A stretch of DNA of 43,966 nt from Octopus bimaculoides (taxonomy: Eukaryota): the NCBI RefSeq assembly GCF_001194135.2, contig NC_068999.1:44954626-44998591 (forward strand). The letters are read 5' to 3'. The notes beneath the pieces are model-generated. The model ran no database searches, was not told the origin of the DNA, and saw only the letters and a list, made by a program, of their open reading frames with translations. Positions 36,349 to 43,966 of this stretch are shown piece by piece (the first letter of the stretch is position 1; each line of letters begins with the position of its first letter). Both the position numbers and the translations under genes were made by a program.

Positions 36349-36599
36349 TACCACAGTTAATTATTTACATTTGACAGATATTTGTCCTCATCTTGTTTGT
36401 TGTTAACACAACGTTTCGGCTGATATACCCTCCAGCTTTCACCAGGTGTCTTGGGGAAATTTCGAACCTGGGTTCTCATTCCTAAGGTATTTTTTGAAAC
36501 GCTGTATTAACAACAAACAAGTTGAGAACAAATATCCGTCAAATGTAAATAATGTACATAATTCTTCATCTCTTAAATATAGAACTGTACCACAGTTAA
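36349..36599 (+). mobile_element. Penelope-type non-autonomous insertion: inverted partial copy plus sense 3' end, flanked by a 12-bp TSD
   Basis: TACCACAGTTAA at 36349-36360 and 36588-36599; inverted arms 36361-36406 and 36507-36552 (43/46 identical); hammerhead-like motif on the minus strand of the left part. Confidence 0.75.
36405..36450 (-). ncRNA. Minimal type I hammerhead ribozyme-like motif with one core substitution
   Basis: Minus strand reads GACAC-CTGGTGA-AA-GCTG(GAGGGTATAT)CAGC-C-GAAA-CG-TT-GTGTT. Stem I is GACAC/GTGTT, stem II is GCTG/CAGC, and AACGTT is palindromic. The core is CUGGUGA (A6G). Confidence 0.65.
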
Positions 36600-37749
36600 T
36601 ATTGTTAGATCAACTGATGCCTCCTTCAATAAACAGATGAACTGAGGCGCAGTTGGTGAATGGAGATAGTTGGTGGACGCGAGGATCTGGCAACTATTTC
36701 CAGCTGCGATATGAACTAAATTTTATACTTTAAGTATAAAATTTCGGTGGCGTATTTGTTAGGCAAGTGATTTGAGCTGAGACTGCGTGTTAAAACTAAA
36801 ACAATTTGAGCGTGGAAGATGCATATTGGCCTTACAAAAACGCAACATATTTACTATTTTGTGTCAGAATCTTCGTCTCGCCAATTACAACCTGATGATT
36901 TGGGATACAGTGTAACCGCTCAAGAGACCAGGTCGCAATTGGTGCAGCGAAAAGTTTTTGAAACTAAGTAATAAATATTTAAGTGAAGTTAACAGTTTTT
37001 GTGTGTGTTTTGAATGAAGAATAAAATGTTCTGTTCATAAGTTCTACGAAACCTTAATGGTTGATTTTGAACTATTCATCCATGAACATGTAAGCCAATG
37101 CATCCAGTTTTTCTTATTAAAACGGTGTATCTAAGGCAAACAAACATTTAGCAAACGGACTGATTACTTCTAACGCTTTCAACTTCAAACATTTCACAGA
37201 AAATAAAAATGTCAATTTTATGAATTGCTTTTCAAAAGATTTTCATTCTGCAATATTCCAAATTAAATTGGAAACATCATTGAAATCAATAATGAGAAAA
37301 ATAAATAATTAATAAAAATAGGGGAAAAAAAAGTGTATTCTTTTGAAATTTTTTCTAATTCAATTCGTGATTTTTAAATTTACGTCTCGTTCTCTCCTGT
37401 TCACTTTACTATAACTAACAATCGCAATTTTCCACGTGTCACTAATTTTATGCAACTAGTCTTCTTCATCTTCTTTTCCCTCTCTTGTTAGAAATATCTC
37501 AAAGAAACCTTTGCTATTCACTGCTTATCTTTACTGAAATGTCTAGCCCAATATCGAAGTAAAAATTCTTTTCTTTCGTATTTCTCATTCATATTCCATT
37601 CCATGTTTTTATTGTCTCCTTTCATATTTCTAACTTCCTTTTCATTGTTGGAGCTGTCTTTCTGGCGTTTATTTAACAGATATCGACTAACATACTCAAT
37701 ATGTACGATACTACCTGTGATATCGACCGATAGACACACACACTTTATC

Positions 37750-37762
37750 GATCTATCTATCG

Positions 37763-37796
<34 letters not shown>

Positions 37797-37806
37797 TTGT
37801 CTCCCA

Positions 37807-37863
<57 letters not shown>

Positions 37864-37865
37864 GG
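37750..37865. repeat. (CTAT)n and (TA)n microsatellites
   Basis: Directly visible. Confidence 0.92.
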
Positions 37866-38411
37866 TATAATTATAACCTGACTGATATATTCTGTATCTA
37901 ATGAAAACGCTATATAATAGCATTCTGTGTATCTTACTTAACGTTGAGAAAGTTTGTAAAATGCCACAATGATATTCGTTTCAAGAGACCATCTCATATA
38001 GACTCATAGTGCTAAAAAGCACAGCAGTTATTATATTAGTAGTAGACGACAAATGTCCAGCAGTGGTGTTGGAATTGTTAGATCTAGATTTCAACGTCTT
38101 CCCGCATCATCGGAAGCATGTACCCACTACAGACAAATGTAGTCCCTGTTGATATAGAAAAGCTGTGATTAACAAATCACTTGAGATGCAGATTACTAGC
38201 GGACTGGGCCTAAATTCTTTATTAGCGATGTTGCCAATAACGAATTTGTATGTAATGCCATCGATGATATCTCTCGATATACTGTAAATGATACAACTTA
38301 TGGTATATTGTAAATATTTCTTTCATAGAAGAAATGTTCTGGTAGTGTATCTGACGCAGTGTCTTGAAGCAAGTAATTTCCTAAAAGACACTGCTCAGCA
38401 GTGGCAGAGTT

Positions 38412-38486
38412 GGTCTAAAAATATTGGTTGCTAGGAGACTAAGAGGACCCACCCGTAACTACAAAGGCAACCAATATTTTTAGACC
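38412..38486. other. Perfect 20-bp inverted repeat with a 35-nt spacer
   Basis: GGTCTAAAAATATTGGTTGC (38412-38431) and GCAACCAATATTTTTAGACC (38467-38486). Confidence 0.9.
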
Positions 38487-38496
38487 CGGTCCGCTT

Positions 38497-38520
38497 TCAC
38501 CACTAAGCCACGCGCCTTCA
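38497..38520 (-). mobile_element. SINE family C extreme 5' head fragment
   Basis: CACCACTAAGCCACGCGCCTTCA is the reverse complement of TGAAGGCGCGTGGCTTAGTGGT at 31377. Confidence 0.7.
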
Positions 38521-38658
38521 ATCAATCACGCACGCACACACACACACACACATACACAAAGTAAGTCCGAAAATGGAAGCTATGATATTATATTCATTCC
38601 TTCATTACGATCGTTTCAATAATACGTGGTTCGGACACATTTGGAATATTACAAATAT

Positions 38659-38690
<32 letters not shown>

Positions 38691-39254
38691 TATGTGTATG
38701 TTCCGTTTTCGAATTCTGACACTCAAGAACTAATTTATCATATCAGGGAAGTGTGGCTTTGTTGCTATTTATTACCACTACTAAAAAGTCTGAAAAATAA
38801 GGTGATGAGACGAGCGGGGGGAGGGTCGGGTAGAGAATAGACGGAATGACAAATAGAAAAGACAAAGACAACCCTCATATACCAACAGTATCAACTTTCT
38901 GCAAATATAAATAGAGAAGAAATATATTTAAAAAATGGGGAGACGGAGGCAAAAAAAGTTGGAAATGAAAGGAAAGAAGACAGTAACGAAAGTTAATGGT
39001 ACTTAGATTTGAGATTTGGTAACCATTCTTTTTTTTTTCTCTGTGTTCCAAGAGGATATATATTTCTATATCTATTTACATAAATTTTTTTCTATTGTTT
39101 TATTTCGTAAAATAACAAATATCAGTAAAAGAGTGGGGAACACATTAAAAGTGAGTTGAGTCTGTGAGCTATTGATGGTAATCATACAGGGATGCCAATA
39201 CTCCAGAGATATTGTTAATCTAACCCCTATTCCAGCCTACATGAAAACCCCTGC

Positions 39255-39256
39255 AT

Positions 39257-39317
<61 letters not shown>

Positions 39318-39536
39318 NNNNNNNNNNNNNNNNNNNNNNNNNNNNNNNNNNNNNNNNNNNNNNNNNNNNNNNNNNNNNNNNNNNNNNNNNNNNNNNNNNN
39401 NNNNNNNNNNNNNNNNNNNNNNNNNNNNNNNNNNNNNNNNNNNNNNNNNNNNNNNNNNNNNNNNNNNNNNNNNNNNNNNNNNNNNNNNNNNNNNNNNNNN
39501 NNNNNNNNNNNNNNNNNNNNNNNNNNNNNNNNNNNN

Positions 39537-39585
<49 letters not shown>
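39255..39585. repeat. (TA)n, N gap at 39318-39536, then (GT)n
   Basis: Directly visible. Confidence 0.92.
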
Positions 39586-40762
39586 TTTAGAGAGTGAGTA
39601 AGAAAAGGGAGATAAGTGATCCAAGTGAGAAAGGAAATAAGTTAAAATATCCCTAGGGGAGCTAAAAAGAACAAGCTAATTGAGAAATGTTCAAATCATT
39701 GAAGATTTGTAGCTCTCGTCATCGCAGTCGTCACAGGAAATACACAGACACCCTACTGAGTGAGAAAAAAAATAGAAAGGAAAAAAAAGAAACTTGGAAT
39801 TGTAAAGGCGATGGGCGATATCTACTCCACAAGTATAGCAGAAGATGCCTTCATTAATTTGAAGAAAAAAATTTATTTGTTAGTGATTTATTTATTTTAG
39901 TTTATTGTAATTAATTTTACTGTACATTCCAGCTGTTTACTGTTGAATTAAGAGGCAGAGGTAGGCAACGCCACTCCCAGCATCACCATCACACACACAC
40001 ACACACACACACTGTGTGTAGCCCCTTGTGGGTAGTAAAGAAATAACACACACACACAGAGGCAGACACAGAGACAGAGAGAAAATAACTTAGAGGTATT
40101 TAGATAACTAACAAGAACAAATATGCGACTATGTCATCAAGGCAAGACGTCTCGGTGTGTGAAATGCAATATGGTTGGTGAAGGTTTAAGCGGGTGAAGT
40201 GTGAAAGCGATTCCCTGCAACATTCGTACACACACGCGAACCCAGTCACACACAAACACACACACACACATATGCACACGTTATGCTCCCTACACAGTAG
40301 GCAGAGTCAAAGGTGCCAGACGTACTGACTAATGATTCTGCCAACAAACTTTTTTCGTAAAAGTTTTCTCAAAAATTTGTTCATTTCCTCCCAAATTCTT
40401 TCTTATTTTAATAATTTAGTTTAAAGAAGAGTTAGCAGGTCTCTGATCTCTTGTATGCCTTTTCTTGTCCCTGACTGGCGGCTGATAATCGGTATTTAAT
40501 CAGAGACTGAACAGACAAGTAAGCTACTGTGCAGTAAACTGACTTTACAAAACACATCAGCCAATTCTCCCTTAAATTACACCACAGGGAAAGATATACT
40601 GAATAATGTAGGACAAAATACACCGTTTTTAAGAAGGGCGAGATGATCGCGGCTGGAATGCTTTTGATCACTGGTTGACTTGGGAGGGAGCAGTTAAACA
40701 TCACTATCAACATCATCATCTGAAGAATTTGTAGAATTTAGAGATGATAATCATGGAAAATG

Positions 40763-40863
40763 GTGAAGTCAGTAAAATTTGCAAAATTGTGATGGTGAAA
40801 CGTGAATGAAATTTGCAAATTTGTGACAGTCAAAGGTGAATGAAATTTGCAAAATTGTGACTG
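40763..40863 (+). repeat. ~34-bp minisatellite, about 3 copies (GTGAATGAAATTTGCAAAATTGTGAC...)
   Basis: Units start near 40763, 40802 and 40836. Confidence 0.85.
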
Positions 40864-41004
40864 GTTTGTAGGCTGTTAAAAGAAAAAAAAATTAACATTT
40901 TAGACAAGACTCGAAAATTTAACTTCTCGTGATTTACAGACTGAAACTTGTTTTGTAAAACTCATTTAACCTAATATCTTAACTAGAAATAATTATGGGA
41001 TACA

Positions 41005-41382
41005 TATGCTGTATAGTTGATGTTGCGTGTCCCTTTGACCCACGAGTAGTCAAGAAGGAAGGCGAAAATATAGAGAAATACAACCCTCTTAAGTACGAAA
41101 TAGCCCGGTTATGGAAAATGAAGAAGGTGACGTTAATGCCAATTATTGCTGGATCATTGAGAACGGTATCAGAAAGCATCAAGGGAAATTGAAATCGAGT
41201 GTCCAGTAGAACTGTTAGAAAAGGTTTGCCTCTTTGGCACGGCCAGAATAATCAGGAAAGTATTTGATAGCTGAAAAGAATGGATTGCATGGTACCGTAG
41301 GCTGCAGGTAGTAAGCCCTCTACGCATGCAAAACTCCAGAAACTTCAACGAAACTTGTGAATAAGAGAATGATAATAATAAT
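41005..41382 (+). mobile_element. 5'-truncated RLE-type (R4/Dong-like) non-LTR retrotransposon: endonuclease C-terminus, 3' UTR and (TAA)n tail
   Basis: CIVDVACPFDPRVVKKEGENIEKYNPLKYEIARLWKMKKVTLMPIIAGSLRTV, then after a frameshift EIEIECPVELLEKVCLFGTARIIRKVFDS* (stop 41272-41274). This fits the RLE C-terminal signature (IDV..P.D...KE.EK..KY..L..EI...W...V..VP...G.LG.V..L.QK..LLGTARI.RKVL). TAATAATAAT lies at 41373-41382. Confidence 0.9.
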
Positions 41383-41579
41383 CCTTTTCTACTAAAAGCA
41401 CAAGGCCTGAAATTTAGGGGTAGAGGACAAATCAATTACATCGACCCGAGTGTTTCACTGGTACTTAATTTATCGACACCGAAAGGCAGAGTCGACTTCG
41501 ATGGAATTTGAACTCAGAAGGTTTGAACACACGAAATACCGCTAAGCATTTTGCCCAGCGTGTTAACGATCGCTGCCTT
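41372..41579 (-). mobile_element. SINE family A (array copy 1)
   Basis: Reverse complement of family A, including tail GCACAAGGCCTGAAATTT and head ..GTTAACGATCGCTGCCTT. Confidence 0.88.
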
Positions 41580-41582
41580 CAA

Positions 41583-41787
41583 TAATAATAACAACCCTAT
41601 TCTATTATAGGCACAAGGCCTGAGATCTTGGGGGAGGGGTTAAGTCGATTAGATTGACCCCAGTGTTTCACTGGTAATTAGTTTATCGACCCTGAAGGGA
41701 TGAAACGCAAAGACGAACTCGGCGAAATTCGAACTCGGTAAAGCATTTTTGCCCGGCGTGCTAACGATTCTGCCAGCTTTCCGCCTT
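41583..41787 (-). mobile_element. SINE family A (array copy 2)
   Basis: ATAGGCACAAGGCCTGAG..GACCCCAGTG..GCCCGGCGTGCTAACGATTCTGCCAGCTTTCCGCCTT. Confidence 0.9.
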
Positions 41788-41799
41788 CTGAGGATATTA

Positions 41800-41950
41800 A
41801 TGATGGCTTTAAATTTTGGCATAGGATTAACGTTGTTACAAGGGAGGGCGATCGATTAGATCGCCCTCTGTACATGTGCGTAATCTGAGCTCAGAAAATA
41901 AAGAGCCAGAAGAAATAACGCTAAGCATTTAGTCCGGCGAATTAACGATT
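41800..41950 (-). mobile_element. SINE family A, degenerate and internally deleted (array copy 3)
   Basis: GATCGATTAGATCGCCC..GAGCTCAGAAAATAAAG..ACGCTAAGCATTTAGTCCGGCGAATTAACGATT. Confidence 0.7.
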
Positions 41951-42171
41951 ATAATAATAATAAGCCTTTCTTTTTGGCACAAGGCCAGCAATTGCGAGGG
42001 GTGGAAAAGTTGAATACATCAACCGTAGGGATCATTTGGTACTTATTTTATCGAACCCGAAAGGATGAAAAGCAAAGTCGACCTCAGCGAAATTTGAACT
42101 GAGAACGTAAAGACGGACGACATACCGCTAAGCATTTTACCGTGCTAATGATTCTGCCAGCTCGCTGCCTT
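41951..42171 (-). mobile_element. SINE family A (array copy 4)
   Basis: GGCACAAGGCC..TGGTACTTATTTTATCGAACCCGAAAGGATGAAAAGCAAAGTCGACCTCAGCGAAATTTGAAC..CTGCCAGCTCGCTGCCTT. Confidence 0.92.
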
Positions 42172-43004
42172 AATAGTGATAATGATGATGATGATGATAA
42201 AATAATGTATCTATTTTATTTTTCAACGTGTCATCAGAAAACAGACCTCTTCATGTCCGATTGGTACAATATCTTAAAGTAGTCAAACTGAAACAGCATG
42301 TATCTACTGCAAATAGCGTGCATGTTTGGACACAAATTCGTGCATAGACAAGTTTCAACATACAACATTAATACAAATTAAACTCACATAAATATTTGTA
42401 GGAAAATATTAGGTATACACTCATGATTGCATCTGACAAGTGAATAATTCACAAGTTATGTAAATATCGTTACTGACCAACGTGACCCAGCAGAAAGAGA
42501 CAACGACACTTGGTGTTTTTTGTTCTGATAAAATGTAGTTATGAGTTGAAACTAACTGAATGTGAGTAGAAGCACGGTTTCTATCTGAGGTGCCTTGTCT
42601 GAAATAGAATCAAGAATAACTTATTTATTCATAGCTGTTAAGTGCTGAATAAAAGAGCCTGTGCTGTTTATATAGATGCAATGGCTGACAGATGATTGGT
42701 TTCTGATTGGCTAATAAAACTGGTGAACTACCAAAACGTCACCTGTTCAATGGAGATGCGTTTTAAGTCGTTACGCTAACCCTTTTCTAGATTACTGATA
42801 AAAAAAATCCATAAGGCTCAATACCAGGACGCTGATTCAAATATTCTAACAGTAGTGAATAATACAGATATTGAACCAACCCAGTAACCGACAATTATGC
42901 CACGTACGTTTATGTTAAATTCATGAGGGGTATTAAAAGATATTTTCGAAATAGTGCGGGTTTGCTTGCTGCGTGTGCAAGTCGAACAGAAGCTTGCGTC
43001 TGTG

Positions 43005-43160
43005 TGCATTATCATTTAACGTCTGTTTTCCATGCTGGCATGATTTGGACAGTTTTGACGAGAGCCGATGAATCTGGGAACTTCAAAAAGCCCCAATGTC
43101 AGCTTTGACACGATTTCTATGGTTGGATGTCTTTTCTAACGCCAACTATTTCACAGGTGG
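43005..43160 (-). mobile_element. Probable RTE-clade LINE/SINE 3' UTR relic
   Basis: CATTATCATTTAACGTCTGTTTTCCATGCTGGCATG..GGTTGGATGTCTTTTCTAACGCCAAC resembles the GGATGCCCTTCCT.ACGCCA motif I recall from RTE-associated 3' ends. It is single-copy in this window and was not checked against a library. Confidence 0.5.
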
Positions 43161-43659
43161 ATGTTTATGCAAAATGCAAGTGGATTTGATTAGGTGAACA
43201 TGTTTGCCCGCAGCTAGATCAGTATAAAGGTGAAGGAGCAAGTTTTAGTATTTCGGCAAACATACGTTTATGGTAAATATTCGTGTTTTAAATGAATGTT
43301 AAGTATTTGTGTCTGGACATTAAGCGTGTGTACGTGTGTTCTGCATTGTGAAAACTGCTTGTTACAAAAATCCATCTTTTTTACATCCATTGTAAGCTCC
43401 GTGTGTAGTCTGTCATCACTAAAGCCCGTTGACAACTTCGAGGAGATATTGGTAGTTATCTCGCAGATGGTATTTCTGATTGAAGCAAGGGGACAAGGGG
43501 AGTGATTGCTGTAGCCTCCGATTCTAACTGTGAAACAGCGTATTGGGGTGCCAGGCAAAGACAGCGAGAGCCATAAACATATGGCCAACTGTGGTGAATA
43601 GAATTATCAAGAGAGGTGGCTTTGTATCAGGCAATAAGAAGTTAAGAGCATGAATGTGA

Positions 43660-43698
43660 CTGTATGGTAAGAGTTGGTAGACAGAAACAGAAAGAAGC
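43660..43698 (+). mobile_element. SINE family B fragment acting as the target site for the next insertion
   Basis: TTGGTAGACAGAAACAGAAAGAAGC matches the family-B segment TTGGTAGACGGAAACTGAAAGAAGC. Confidence 0.65.
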
Positions 43699-43934
43699 CG
43701 CAAAGCGGTGAACTGGCAGAAACATTAGCACGCCGGGCGAAATGCTTAGCGGTATTTCGTCTGCCGTTACGTTCTGAGTTCAAATTCCGCCGAGTCGACT
43801 TTGCCTTTCATCCTTTCGGGGTCGATAAATTAAGTACCAGTTACGCACTGGGGTCGATCTTCTCGACTTAATGCCTTTGTCTGTCCTTATTTGTCCCCTC
43901 TATGTTTAGCCCGTTGTGGGCAATAACGAAATAA
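43699..43934 (+). mobile_element. SINE family A, well preserved, alternative 3' tail, with a 15-bp TSD
   Basis: Head GCGGTGAACTGGCAGAAAC, tail TGTCCCCTCTATGTTTAGCCCGTTGTGGGCAATAACGAAATAA. TSD GAAAC(A/T)GAAAGAAGC at 43684-43698 and 43935-43949. Confidence 0.93.
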
Positions 43935-43966
43935 GAAACTGAAAGAAGCGATGATTGACCGCTAAC

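Noticed and set aside
38200-38305. TGPKFFISD..RYTVNDTT resembling the RT GP..F / YxDD region
   Set aside because: The motif residues and spacing are too degraded to call by eye.
41372-42171. Regularly spaced repeats superficially like a CRISPR or prokaryotic array
   Set aside because: The units are ~200-bp diverged SINEs without unique spacers or cas genes, in a eukaryotic context.

Overview
Eukaryotic, AT-rich, apparently non-coding window from a draft assembly with 12 N-gaps. The SINE families and very dense microsatellites point to a coleoid cephalopod, most likely Octopus (inference from recalled repeat families; no search was run). No host protein-coding gene, tRNA, rRNA or CRISPR array can be supported, and nearly all listed ORFs are microsatellite or N-gap artefacts. 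The content is a layered transposon landscape: three tRNA-derived SINE families (called A, B and C here, about 25 copies or fragments, often nested or in head-to-tail arrays), two restriction-like-endonuclease (R4/Dong-type) non-LTR 3' ends with (TAA)n tails, a Penelope-like GIY-YIG remnant, two short Penelope-type elements carrying degenerate minimal hammerhead-ribozyme motifs and inverted arms, two related mariner non-autonomous elements, a separately deleted Tc1/mariner transposase relic and a hAT-like MITE split by SINEs. I found no clearly new biological system. The best leads are the hammerhead-bearing inverted elements and the apparent shared use of (ATT/TAA)n tracts by SINE-A and RLE retrotransposons.
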